NCBI GenBank assembly: GCA_050575255.1
Contig: JBNZDD010013376.1
Coordinates: forward strand, 127,318-191,317
Direction of reading: 5' to 3'
DNA: 64,000 bases
DNA from: Harriotta raleighana
Taxonomy: Eukaryota
Shown: positions 38,050-51,510 of the stretch, in pieces
Layout: every line of letters begins with the position of its first letter
How positions within the stretch are numbered: the stretch's first letter is position 1
The notes under the pieces: generated by a model
What the model was told of the DNA's origin: nothing
What the model saw: only the letters and a program-made list of their open reading frames with translations
Database searches by the model: none
Position numbers and translations under genes: made by a program

Positions 38050-38604
38050 TTCTCTGATCAAGAGAAGCCGTGAATGGGGAGCGGGCTGGGAGCAGTGGCT
38101 GTTATAGAAGCCACAGCTCAATGATTGGCTGTAGTCAGGGGAGGGGAGAGTCACAGACACAGGGTAGAGACATCAGCCTCTGAGCTGCCAGCTCCACCTC
38201 CAGCTTCTCAATAACCATTGCAGACAGGGAATAAATCACCTTCAGAGAAATCACCTTATTTACATTTAAATAAATACTGATTACAAGAATTATATAATAT
38301 AGGGAGTCTGTGTACACACACAGGGAACACACGGCCTGTGATTTTGTGGTGGCTAAAAATCATCCTCTGATTAATTGTCTCAAACCTACTCTTTTTAGGA
38401 TTGTAATCACGTATTACCCTATCACTGCTTGCCGTATGCCAATTTTACATGATCTAAAATTCTGTAAACATGTCAACTTTCAAAGGAAAACTACGTTGTA
38501 ACGTTGTAACTGATTCTGTGTAAATTTTATTTACATTCCACTGTTGTTATGAATTTTGATTAATTCTGTGAGGCTGCAATTAATACCACATTACATTCAA
38601 ACTC

Positions 38605-39695
38605 TAGATCTCAGTCCTGAATATGTTCAAGGACTGAGCATCTGCATCACTTCGGGGTAGATAAGTCCATACATTCACTACCCTCTGAGTGAAGAAGTTG
38701 TTTCTCAACCCAGTGCAAAAGGGCTGATCCCTAATTTTAAGTCTCTTAGCCCTGGTTATAGTTTCTCCAACCAGGGGAAGAAGTCTCTCACTCTATTCTG
38801 TAGTGCCCCTTAATAGTCTTATAGGTTTCTATAAAATCACCTCTCATTCTATATTAAAGAGAATATAGGCCGCGATACCTCAACCTATCCTCACAACTCA
38901 TCCCTCATCCCAGATAAAAACATAGTGAATCTATGTTGTACCACCCCCCAAGGCGAGTACTGTACCTCCTTTCTTAAATAAGAAGATCAAAACTGTACAC
39001 CATATTCTAGGTGCGGTCTCCCCAGGGCTCCAGGCCCTCTCAAAGTTACACAGAGGGTCGGGCTGCTTCTAACTTTTGAGGCCATAAGAAAATGACGGTT
39101 AATTTCCAGGTTTAATAACTACAATACTAGGAAACTATAATTGAAATTTAGTTTTTATGAATAAACATAACATAAACATGTAAAAATGTTCACGAAAATC
39201 AACAAGTGCATAAATTTGAGGGACTCTTTGAGATTGAGGCCCTGCACGTTGCTACAGATTGCAGCAAGTCTTCCGTTCACTTACAATCTATTCCTTTTGT
39301 AACATACCGTTAGCCTTCCTAATCGCTTGCTGTACCTGCCAACTAACGTTTTGTGACTGGTGTAAAAGTTTACACAAGTCGCTCTGAATGCAAACTCTAT
39401 CTAGTCTCTCTCTTTCTAAAAAAAATTATCTGCGCGACTGTTTTTGCCACCTTGTAGTTGACTGCACAATTCCCTGCATTATACTTCATCAGCCACCTAC
39501 TTTCCCACTCACCTAACATATCTATATCATGTTGCGTTTTTGAAATGCATTCCTTGGTGATTACTCTCCCTCCTAGACTAGTATCATCCGCAAATTTGGA
39601 TATTTTTAATTCAATGTCCTCATCTAGATCGTTGAAATAGATTGTAAATATTTGACGCCCCAGCAATGATCCTTATGGCACTATACTCGTCACTG
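38605..39695 (-). mobile_element. CR1 LINE RT/3' fragment (with ~220-bp insertion at ~39030-39245)
   Basis: ORF 39397-39666 'FTIYFNDLDEDIELKISKFADDT'. Confidence 0.85.
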
Positions 39696-41324
39696 TTTAT
39701 TGTGCAGCAGAGGGGCAACTAATAAGGATCCTTAAATTGATGAGTGTTTCTCCTAACATAAATGGGGAGAAATTATTAGCTTTCAGTCAATAGCAAGCTG
39801 TGCCACTGATAAGATAATGTTAATATATTTCAGCGTGAGAATATCTGAAAATAAATTTAAACATTGAATTATGGGTGTTTGGTAATATTGTGTATTACAT
39901 CTTTAATAGGTGAATGTTTGGATTCACGGAGATCGTCACAGGCAGATGGGGATGTTATGTTTGTTAAGATTGAGAAATATAAATCTGTTTGTCTTTCTTA
40001 AGAGGTAAAATGTTAGGTAAGTGCTTTTTTTCTTGATGGTTGTTGAGTCTAAAAACCTTAATCAAAAACCCAATTATGTTAATGGGTTTGATGGCCTTGC
40101 CTGGAGTTTTGTACATTGTTCTTGATAAAAGAGAATAAAATCAACAGAAAGACTATGCAAAGATTATTATGTCTCACTGGTAGAATACTCTGGCTCACTG
40201 ATAGAATACTCTGAGTCAGAAGGTCGTGCATTCATGCCCCACATTGGGACTAGTCTCCTGCAATGGGAGCTTCAACTTCACGCCAGAAGTGCATTGGAAT
40301 GTCAGTTTAGACAATGTGATTCCATGTCCCAATCTGGGATTTGAGCCAACAATCTTGCGCCCCAGAGGACACTGTGTCAGGCCAGCACACACTGTCCATT
40401 AGAATTTCCTATTATCTGTCCAGTGCAGTCGGTATTGAAGAATAGTGTGAACCCAACCAGAGGCCTCCTTTATTAACATTGTGTCGGTTTCTGTGTGACT
40501 GATCCCTGTAATTTGGCTCTTTGGGCTCATTTGTTTGCTAAGGAAACATACACTGCTGTCTCCCATTGAGGACAATTGAACTTTAGATGGATAATGTAGA
40601 ATAATTGAGATCGATAACTGTATGATCATAACTGGTACTATTATTAAAATCATTCTATGTCCTTGATGTCGAATATGATTATGAAATTGATAACACTGTT
40701 TATTTTACTGCTATCATAAATGTAGTTGCTGAAAAGTATTTCTATCCGTTACTGTATCTTAGCTTGTGATTGCGATGATTTCAGTGAAACTACGATTCTG
40801 TACACAAACATGGAACCAATAATCTATTTTCATGTCTGTATATGGGTATCAAATTGTTACTACCTCAACGTGTAATTGATGTTGCTGTGGGTGCTTGCGT
40901 CTGAAATGGCTGTTTTGCTGCTCCTTGTAGGATATGTTTTGATTGTCAGTGAAGATGACTATTTTCCTAATATAGGAAAATGCTAATGCTGTCAAGCATT
41001 GAAGACGCTTTGCTCGACAGCATGCGTGATTATTGCTGGTTGTGAGACGGACAGGTTGCTCAATAGTGTTTCTATCCATTTCTGTATCTTACCACTTGTG
41101 AGTGCGATGCTGGTGATGCGATGTAGAATCCTGCAGCTCAGTGGCCACAGCACTCGCCACCCAAGTGAGAGATCTGGGTTTGAGCCACTGCAGGACAATC
41201 TGACCAGGATTCAGAAGCTTTAAGTCTACCATGAACACATGGCGAGGGTCCGAGTACCCAACCCTAAGCCATTCATTAAAAGAGAATCATTCATTAGGTG
41301 CAGCTCGTTTGGGAGGGAATGGGT

Positions 41325-41340
41325 GGCTCTGAGAAGAGCC
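41325..41340 (-). terminator. Histone 3' stem-loop of H1 (+ HDE)
   Basis: GGCTCT-TCTC-AGAGCC-ACCC, followed by purine-rich AAACGAGCTG. Confidence 0.92.
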
Positions 41341-41371
41341 TTTGGGGGTTAATATGAGCCGAGGGGAGAAG

Positions 41372-41742
41372 TTACTTCTTTTTGGCCGGTGATTTCTTGG
41401 TCGCCTTCGGTTTGACGACACGTTTCACAGTTTTGCTGCTTGTCTTAGTGGGGGCTGGGGGCTTCTTTACAGCTTTCTTTACCAACGTTTTCCTTACTGG
41501 CGTCTTGGTAGCTTTGGGCTTCTTGTTGCCCACAGTTTTCTTCATCTTCTTGGCAGCCGGAGACTTGGGATTGTTGACTCTCTTGGGCACAGCCGACTTC
41601 TTGGGTGACTTTGGCTTTCGTCCATCAGGTTGAAGCTGGATTTCTGCTTCGGAGCAACTCGCTTCTTCTTGGCGGCTTTGGGTGAAGCGGCGGCGGCTGC
41701 AGGAGGCTGTGCGGCGGCGGCGGGGGGAGCAGTTTCAGCCAT
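41372..41742 (-). pseudogene. H1: Histone H1 lacking the globular domain, frameshifted
   Basis: N-tail MAETAPPAAAAQPPAAAAASPKAAKKKRVAPKQK joins, out of frame, a Lys-rich C-tail KPKSPKK...KKSPAKKK*. ATG to stop is 371 nt, not a multiple of 3. No winged-helix domain is present. Confidence 0.85.
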
Positions 41743-41873
41743 GATGACTGTGAGAGGCTCAGTGTGTGGAGCTGCTCAGGATAGTGAAGCCAAGGCGGCT
41801 CCACAGCAACTTACACACACAGAGCGGACGCTGCAGAGCCAGCCGCTGCTCAGCTTCCGGGTTTCAAATCTCT

Positions 41874-42270
41874 TGTGTTTCTCTCGTTTCTAAAACTGAC
41901 GATTTCTCTCTAAAGCCGTTTGTGCTGAGAGTGAACAACAGCCTTTTACTGAAGTGCACAATCCGCTCTTCACTCGCAGTCACTACAGAACTCCACTAAA
42001 AGCCGCTGCTTCCATTGCAAACCGTTTCAATGTGGGAATGATCGCGGTTCAGCGCTGAATCCTGGACATATTGACGGCGACTTGAAGGATATTCTCAAAC
42101 CAAAGCGAATCACAGCTTCAATTGTGGCTGTGATGTCAAGCAGAGAGTCTGGGCTATCGTGGAACCACATAATATGGTGACATTTACGGATAGGGATTTG
42201 GGAATCCCGGGATGAAGCTGGACACACTAACACAGTGACTAGAATCTGAGCCAGGCGCCATTTTAACACA
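41874..42270 (-). promoter_or_regulatory. H1-specific promoter elements: H1/AC box and upstream TG box
   Basis: AGAAACACA at 41874-41882 and TGTGTTA at 42264-42270 on the minus strand. No clear TATA or CCAAT between the H1 box and the ATG. Confidence 0.6.
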
Positions 42271-42485
42271 GGGCTGATGATCTGTGATTCAACCAGCGGC
42301 TTAAACTGGCAAACTGTCCCCCAGTCCTGCCGTGATCAGAAGAGGATTTGACGGTGTACACAGTGTCAGCTGCAGTGTAATGATGTTGTTGTATTTTTGT
42401 TGTTGTCGCTGTATTTTTGGCAGTGACTCCCCTTCCCGCCTTGTTACTCTGAGACTCATTAGTTCACACTGAGTCTCGCAGCAAA

Positions 42486-42502
42486 TTCAAAAAGCCCGCC
42501 AA
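42486..42502 (-). promoter_or_regulatory. E2F/CDE-CHR tandem element
   Basis: Minus strand TTGGCGG-GCTT-TTTGAA (4-nt spacer); a second E2F site TTCCCGCC lies at 42433-42440. Confidence 0.5.
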
Positions 42503-43133
42503 TTTCACGATGAAGCCTCATTTCTCCTCGCTATCAATCATGAGCACAGAATAGACACAGCGATAAAATGGCAAAACTCAGCATTGATCATTCGGGAAAA
42601 ATAAACACAAACTGAGAAGCGGATGTGCTGGAGATTGTGACTGAAATCTCACAGTGACACAGACACTGAACCCCTGATTGTCTCAGCCTCATTTTATACC
42701 TTAAAACTCTAATATTCCACAACTGTACCTGCAACATGCTGTGAATTCAGGAGTATTTGGGGAGAGGAGCATTAATAGTAATTTATTCTGGTTAGTGAAG
42801 TAAAGGTTATTTTTTACTGGTTAGAGCTGGAGCTGGTTTAACATTACTGATTGATGGGAAACTATGGCTGTTAGAGTTTCACATTTCAATTTGAATTATT
42901 TCGTTTTGTTTCGTTTCCTTTTGTGAAACTGTTTGAACAATTGTCAACTGAGGGAACCTGTGGGAGGAGCTGAGCTGCGGCAGCTGTTGTGTGTGTGTGT
43001 GTGTGTGTGTTACTGTGACTGTCTCCTCCCCTCCTCAGCTCTGCTGTCCTCAGCCAGGTCTGGGCGCCCTCTATATAAACAGACACCGCTTTGCTGGTCG
43101 GCTCATTGGACTGTTGTTGAGAAGAGAAAGTGA

Positions 43134-43451
<318 letters not shown>

Positions 43452-43488
43452 ACATCTCCCCAAGTCGACAAGACAAACAAACAACAAA

Positions 43489-43504
43489 GGCTCTTCTAAG
43501 AGCC
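43489..43504 (+). terminator. Histone 3' stem-loop of H4
   Basis: GGCTCT-TCTA-AGAGCC, followed by HDE-like AAAGGCTGTAAC at ~43522. Confidence 0.92.
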
Positions 43505-43819
43505 GCCCAACTGCTCATATCAAAGGCTGTAACTTCACAACTCAAATAGTCTTGGGTGGTTTGTCCTGAACTGTGATGTGATCCCTGAATAACATTGTCC
43601 CCAGCCATCCACAGCTTGGCGTTTCTTTATTCAAATTAAGATCAATAATGGTATAAATACAATGCAATAGGGGCCAGTGAATCTGCTGTTGTTTATCTGC
43701 TTTGTGTGCGATTGGCTGCTGCTTTTTCCTGCGGGATAATATGTCCCAAAATACTTCACAGATTTTACTGTACAGTGGATTGACTATATGTATGTACATA
43801 AATATATATACACTATAAG

Positions 43820-44270
43820 TATGTACAACAAAATTACATGTACAGCGCACCTTTCACATCAGGAGGTCGTCCCAAGGCGCTGAACAATCATGTGAGGACC
43901 CGAGCAGCAAGAGGAGAGAGTCGGGGTAGGAGGAAGGGGAAGGAGAGTAGGAAGAACTAGGAGGGGAGCCAAAGGCACAGTCGAAGATGATGGTCTTCAG
44001 AACAGCCTTGAAGAAGGAACGGGAGGAAGTGGGGTGAAGGGATTGCGGAATGGAGTTACAAAGTGTGGGGGCAGAGAGCTTCAAAGCCCGGCCACCGATA
44101 GTTGGGCGGTTAGGGCAGAGTCTGCTGAGCAGAGGGGATATGAGCATGATAGGGAGTCAGCAGGTCAGAGAGATAGGCAGGGAATACCGTGAAAGGCCTT
44201 GAAGGTGAGGACGAGGATCTTGAATTCGATCCTCTGGGGGATGGCGAGCCAGTGGAGACGGGCGAGACTC
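43820..44270 (-). mobile_element. L2 LINE 3' fragment
   Basis: 'PTIGGRALKLSAPTLCNSIP...FKAVLKT' and L2 tail. Confidence 0.85.
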
Positions 44271-45362
44271 TGAGTATTAAAAAAAATGCATGTTTCAAAG
44301 AATAGTGTGTGTGTGGCTGGAAATTCCTATGTGTCTCGCTGCTGTTTGTAGATTCCATTTTTATGCGTACTGTACATTACTGTTTTCCTATAAATGTTTG
44401 ATAAGATGCTTGTTTATTGCTGTTTGTAAAAGTTGTGAACTCAGCATCAGTTGGAACTGAATCAATCCTGTGTATCAATCTTGAGCAATCGAGAGACCTG
44501 GGTTTGATTCCTAGGAGGGAGGGTGAAATCTTATTTCACATGCCTGATAATAATCCCTCATGAATAAAAGCAATAATAAATTAATCTGTTTAATCCACGA
44601 CTGTTAACAACAACAATTTGACTTTATATAGTGTTATCCACACCGGATGGCGCCTCAGAGCGCTTGTTAAATATTTTGTTATTTCCCTTTACTGTACATT
44701 TCGTGAATCGCTTTGTGACATTTGTACATGTGTAAAACACTATCAAATGCTAGGAATATTGTTACTGTTATCTCATATCTTAGCTCTACAGCAACAGCAA
44801 ATTACACTTGGAAAATCCCAACGTGAAAAGCAAAACAAATGTAGTTTTGCTGTTCAGTGAATATCAAAGCAGTTTACATAAACAGCAGCAAAACAAAGCA
44901 GAAGTGGAGGAGCCCCTATTAATCAATTAATGGAGAGATCAATCCCAAACAAACTACTGTATTGCTTTTCATATATAAGGAAGTTTAAAAGAGTTTGGCC
45001 TTGTTACCCATATCAATCATATTCACCTTCTAGTTTAAGACCATATTAAATATACGTTAATCAGTAAGGCCAGTTATACATAGGCCTATACATACATTAT
45101 GATGAGGATATAGGCCTGTTATATGGATACTAGGCTTGTTATACGACTCAGGATTGATGCACAGGATTGATTCAGTTCCAACTAATGAAATGTTCACCAC
45201 TTTTACAAACAGCAATAACCAAGCAGTTTATCAAGCACTTATAGGAAAACAGTGATGTTCAGTAAACATAAAAATCGAATCTACAAACAGCAATGAAACA
45301 CATAGGCTTTTCCAGATACACACACAACAGTATTCACCTACACATGCATTTTTTTATACTCA
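44270..45362. repeat. ~215-bp inverted repeat pair (44270-44485 / 45146-45362)
   Basis: For example 'gttggaactgaatcaatcctgtgtatcaatc' vs 'gattgatgcacaggattgattcagttccaac'. Confidence 0.85.
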
Positions 45363-47927
45363 CATATAGTTAATCAGACATAAAAACAGCATATTGGTTG
45401 TGTGTTTATGTAGAGAATTATAGACTCCACACATGTAGCAAGTACACTGGCAAGATGATAAGCAAACTCATCTGCAAGTACCCAATACCATTCTGAGACA
45501 TTGGAACACAGTGTCTTATGAAAATAATGAGAGATCTACCACTGTTCATATTCCCACTCTCCCACCTTCCCCAGTTTAGAATCAGTCACTGTTTTGCTGA
45601 TATTTAAAGATTCTTGAAAGGTTCAGTGTTGAAGGTCACTGAACACAGTCTATTCTTTAAAAAAATATATATACAACTACATTTCAATGTATATTTCCTC
45701 AAATCAGAATACTCAATCCCTCCTCTTTTCCTTATGAACTGACTTTGGTTTGTCTTCTCAGTTGCCTACACATCTGTTTTAACAACAACAACAACAACAA
45801 CAAAATTACATTTATAGAGCGCGTTTCACGTCAGGAGGACGTCCCAAGGCGCTGGACAGATGATTTAAGACCCGAGCAGGGGGAAATGTTCGGGGGGAGG
45901 GGGGAGGGGGAGGGTGGGAGCAAGGAGGAGGTAGAGAGTTGAGATACGCCCACACATATACCTTCAGTTCACATCAGAGTATATTCTCTGAAGCCTTTTG
46001 AGACATCTGGAAAACATGGTAAGCGCTATACCAAATGCAAGTATTATTATTACTATATAGCAGTTGTATTTTGCTACTTTTGTTACTTTAAACAGCTCTG
46101 CTGAATTATCATTCTGAGAATACAGAAACAAGTATCAGAACATATCTTCACAAATGTAACTTTGTCTGGTATCATCCCTGGTAACTGTAGTCGAAGATAG
46201 TTCCTGATGAAGTGGAATTAATTGAACTTGAATTATTGCATCAATAGACACAATATGATAGGCCTTATTTTGGATTGCTAATCCAGATGAACACTTTTGA
46301 TTTCTGTGTGTCCTCAATTTCATTATTAACCGTACAGTGTAGCATTGTACTAAACACTCAGAAATATATTAACAACAGACTATTCTTAGCCTAACTGACT
46401 ATTGACTGAGAGGAAATAATTTCTCTCCAGAGAATATATCATATGCTCATCAATTTAAGGATCTTTATTGGTTGGCTTTGATTTGCACAATAAAAAGGCT
46501 GAGTTCCTGCATCTCTGCTCATCCACTCATGCCTCATTATAATACTTTAATGAACCTTGCATTTGATATCACTTTTCACATCTTCGAGACGTCTCAAAGC
46601 ACTTTAGAGAATATACTGTATATTTGTGGACTAAACACACCAGCCAATTGCATACAGTAGAGTCCCACAACAGTCCTGGATTGGAATGATCAATTAATTG
46701 TGTTTTTTCAGGGATTATTGTTAGGCATATAGTGTAAGGAAATTTGCCCAAGGTTTTTACCTGACTGGATTCGAACACAGGTCTCGCTCTTGACAAATAT
46801 AGATGATCATATGATTAGCAATTGCAGTCTCACACACAGCATTATAGACCTGGAAGCCTTTATTAATCTCAATTATACAAAATGAACTTCCACAGAAAAC
46901 ATTTCATTTCACCAGTAGAGGTATTCGCAAGCACGAAGTATTCTAGAAAATCCCAGGAAGAAAAAATGTATATTCCAATTTGTTACCAAATGGCTTTTAG
47001 AGAAACTAATCTGAATTCAACTCCCCTAAAAATGATAATCAGGAATGATGAAGACATATTTACTCACAGGATAATAGGGAAACTCACTTGTTTGATCAAT
47101 AACCCACAGATTTAGACAATCAGATGTTACAGCTTTATAATCAAACACAATATCAGAGGTACAGCTGGTCATTGAAACTACCACAACGAGATTTATTCAT
47201 CTTGACTTTGAATGTACTGTTATCAAATGTAGCCTCACAGAACTAATCAAAATTCGCAACAACAGTAGATTGTAAATTAAATTAACAATAAATAAGACAA
47301 TACACTATACTATAGTCTGCCTTTGAATGTTGACATATATACAGATTTTAGATCATGCACAGTTATAGGTTACATATTATCCCAATCAAAAAGAGTATTT
47401 TTGAGTCAATTAATGAGAAGATATTTGTCTCCGCAAGAAAGTCAAAGTCTGTGCTGCATGTCTGTGCTCACAGGCTCCCTATGTCAGTGTCTCTGCATCC
47501 TGCAGTAACGCTGCTTTTCAAAAAGGCGCCAAATTCACTCAGAAAATGAAAGCAGTAAATGGAATCCCTCTTTGGGTTAAGATTCAATCTGTTTTACTAA
47601 ATGGATGTCTGGATTGGTGGGGAAGCTGTCAATTAGGGAATACAGAGCAGGAAACTGTGTGACATTGTGTGGAGTTGTTGCCCGGTAGATAATAATAATC
47701 ATAACAGTCCGTGGGTTTAACACATTGACTTATCGACTCTTTGAGAACTCAAATTTCCTCAAGAGTACGGTGTAAAGTGCATTAACTGTATATATCTGCC
47801 TCAATACAATGGAATAAGATAAAGAGAGATGACTTGTGGCCAGTCACTGTGCGTGTAGCTAACAAGCTGCAGACACTGGCGTTCCAGGTGCTGAAAGGCC
47901 AACGGCTCTTCCATAGACAATGTGGGT

Positions 47928-47943
47928 GGCTCTTAAAAGAGCC
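47928..47943 (-). terminator. Histone 3' stem-loop of H2A
   Basis: GGCTCT-TTTA-AGAGCC-ACCCA on the minus strand. Confidence 0.93.
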
Positions 47944-47971
47944 TTTGGTTTGACATGAACATGTGGATGAT

Positions 47972-48681
<710 letters not shown>

Positions 48682-49107
48682 ATGGCCGGAGACTCCAAAT
48701 CTGAAGGCAAAGGCACCAAACCTGAGGGCAAAGGCGCCAAACCTGAGGGCAAAGGAGCGGCCAAAAAAGGCAGCAAGAAAGCCGTTCGCAAACCGCAGAC
48801 TGCGGGCAAGAAGCGCAGGAAATCGAGGAAGGAGAGTTACTCCATCTACGTGTACAAGGTGATGAAGCAGGTTCACCCGGACACCGGCATCTCCTCCAAG
48901 GCCATGAGCATCATGAACTCGTTTGTCAATGACATCTTCGAGCGCATCGCCTCCGAGGCTTNNNNNNNNNNNNNNNNNNNNNNNNNNNNNNNNNNNNNNN
49001 NNNNNNNNNNNNNNNNNNNNNNNNNNNNNNNNNNNNNNNNNNNNNNNNNNNNNNNNNNNNNNNNNNNNNNNNNNNNNNNNNNNNNNNNNNNNNNNNNNNN
49101 NNNNNNN
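48682..49107 (+). CDS. H2B: Histone H2B with extended repetitive N-terminal tail (3' part in gap 48962-49119; end estimated)
   Basis: [35 protein letters not shown]...[45 protein letters not shown]. The gap length fits the ~48 missing codons. Confidence 0.93.
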
Positions 49108-49137
49108 NNNNNNNNNNNNGCTCCATATACACACAAA

Positions 49138-49153
49138 GGCTCTTTTCAGAGCC
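49138..49153 (+). terminator. Histone 3' stem-loop of H2B
   Basis: GGCTCT-TTTC-AGAGCC-AC; HDE-like CTGAGCTGTAAC at ~49171. Confidence 0.93.
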
Positions 49154-49615
49154 ACACACCACTTCCCTGACTGAGCTGTAACACACACGCGTTAGACATG
49201 AATGTGCACTGACAATATCCCAAGTCCTGCGGTCGTTCTCTCCACTTGAAAGCCTGTTTAATGATGTGATTTGTTGTTCCTCGGAAGACGGTTTTATTAG
49301 CCATCAGCGGCTAACCCTCTTCTCCCTTCAAAAAGAATCTGAGTGAATGTTAAAGCAATTAGTATTCATGCCAGTAGAAAAAATATCATTTTGGTGTGGT
49401 ATCAATAATTTTCTCAAATTTTTTATTAGTGATATAGAAGTTTTTATTTTGAGAGTTGTTTTTTTTAACAACGGGAAACTTAATGCAGCAGCGTCTTTGG
49501 CAAAATCAATGTAATGTTCACCAGGCTCCGTATTCAAACAGATTTTCAAGGGGTTTGAGATCTTTTTGAAAAAACATCACCATTTTCTGTGGTGATTCAT
49601 GCCACAGATTACAAT

Positions 49616-50449
49616 GAGAATTACACACGAAATGGGTCGTCTGTGAGGTGAATCACAGTCAATATTCACCTGAAAAGGGTTTACATTTACTCTTGTCTTT
49701 GTCTTGAGTGAATTTGGCGCTTTTTTCAATGATATGAAAAGGCGGGTGACTGCAGGCTGCACTGACACTGGGGCAGGACAGGGGGCGCCATTGTGCTCAC
49801 ACACACTGGAAACATGGCCTGGGACCTTGTGGTCTCCTCTGTGAGTTTCTGTTATCATGCGTGTAAATCTACGTTTTGCATTCTACGTTTTTCTCCCCGT
49901 GTGGGTCAGATTGTAAATCCTGTTGTTGAGGGTTCAGTTGGGGTTTTATTCAGACTGACTGGGCTGAGGTCCCTAATACAGACAGTTTAACACTGCTCCA
50001 GCCAGAGGGTCATTGATTGCTGGCAAACATTGTGTTGTTTGCACAGGCTGTAGAGCTCCTGTAGCTCAGTGGTTAGAGCACTCGCATTACAAGTTTTTGA
50101 ATCCAGGCAGGTCAGGACAAAATCTTGGGCAAGTTTTCTTTCTCTACATACACATGACCAATAATAATGTATAATAATAACAATAATGAGATTGGTCATT
50201 TCAATGCCCGACTGTTTGTGGGAACGCCGCTTTGCGCAATTGGCTACCGCGTTTCACCCACATACAGTCAATTTACTTTACAGTATATTCTGTGAACCAC
50301 TTTGAGACACAGTTGGTAAGATGTGAAAAGAGCTATAGCAAATGCCAGGATTATTATTATTAATATTACATGTCACTGTTGCTGGAATGACATCACTGAT
50401 GAGAATTGTACTGCACTTGCTGAGTTGGTCTTTCTGTATGGGGGCATCA
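49616..50449 (-). repeat. Right arm of long inverted repeat flanking the histone cluster
   Basis: Reverse complement of 35833-37820 minus two indel blocks. Confidence 0.85.
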
Positions 50450-51135
50450 ACAACAACAACTTCATTGCGACAAAGGCATGGACCAAGGTTTCAGCGGCTT
50501 TTGGAGTGAGGTATTGCCGGAGACGGGTGATCCCTCAGAGGTGGTAGAATGCAGTGCTTGTAACGGACCGGATATGGGGGAGGAAGAACAGTTGGGGTTC
50601 GAACCTGACGCCTAGGTTGCGCACAGGTTCGGAGAGTTTTAGGGGCAGGCCGGGAAGGTGGAGGAGGTGAGAGCTGTGTGAATGGAGTCGTTGACGAGAG
50701 CCAAGGAGTATGGCCTCCGTCTTGTCGACATTCAGCTGCAAGAAATTTGCGCTCATCCAGCCCCCGATGTCTGAAAGGCGCTGACAGAACATCAGGGGAC
50801 TGATCTATAGGACCGTATAGACTCATCTATACGGTCCCAAGAGGGACCGTATAGATGAGGAAAAGCAGGGGGCCAAGGATGGATCCCTCGGATACCCCAC
50901 AGGTAACTGGATAAGAATGGGAGGAAAAATCATTTGTGGAGATATACTGCTGGCGGTTTGTGAGGTAGGACTCGAACCAGGTGAGTGCAGACCCACTGAG
51001 GTGAATGACGGAGGACAGGCGATGGAGGAGGATGGCGTGATCGACTGTGTTGAACACAGTCTACAGGTCCAAGAGGTTAAGGAGGCAGAGGGAGCCCTGG
51101 TCGCAGATAGAAAGGACGTCGTTTGTGAATTTAAC
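50450..51135 (-). mobile_element. L2 LINE RT fragment
   Basis: 'FNTVDHAILLHRL...WFESYLTNRQQ...GSILGPLLFLIY' and 'NFLQLNVDKTEAIL'. Confidence 0.88.
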
Positions 51136-51159
51136 CTACCACCAGGAACAGTTGCCCTC

Positions 51160-51510
51160 TAACCAGATGCAGCTTCCATCGCACCAGGCACAGCCCAGCT
51201 CCGCCAAAGGCAAAACAAGGGCAATGCACTGCCCCCCCCCCACCCACTATGCATAGCTGCCACCAGGGCACAACCTCCCGCAAGATCACAGCGTCCCCCA
51301 AGGCTACAGCTTCCCACAGGACACAGCTCACTCCCACGTCACAGCCACCCACCAGGGAAAAGGCCTTCCCACAGGGCACAGCTTCACTCCAGGGCACAGC
51401 TACCCACAGGGCATAGGTAACCGCAGGGCATAAACTCCCCCCACGGCATAGCCTTCTGCGAGGGTACAGCCTCATCGCAGGGCACAGTTTCACTGCCAAG
51501 GCACTGCCCC
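51160..51510. repeat. Degenerate ~18-bp minisatellite (cacagggcacagcttccc)
   Basis: Recurrent agggcacagc cores. Confidence 0.7.

Noticed and set aside
39023-39245. Possible hAT MITE nested in CR1
   Set aside because: Termini are only loosely inverted and no 8-bp TSD was found; left unclassified.
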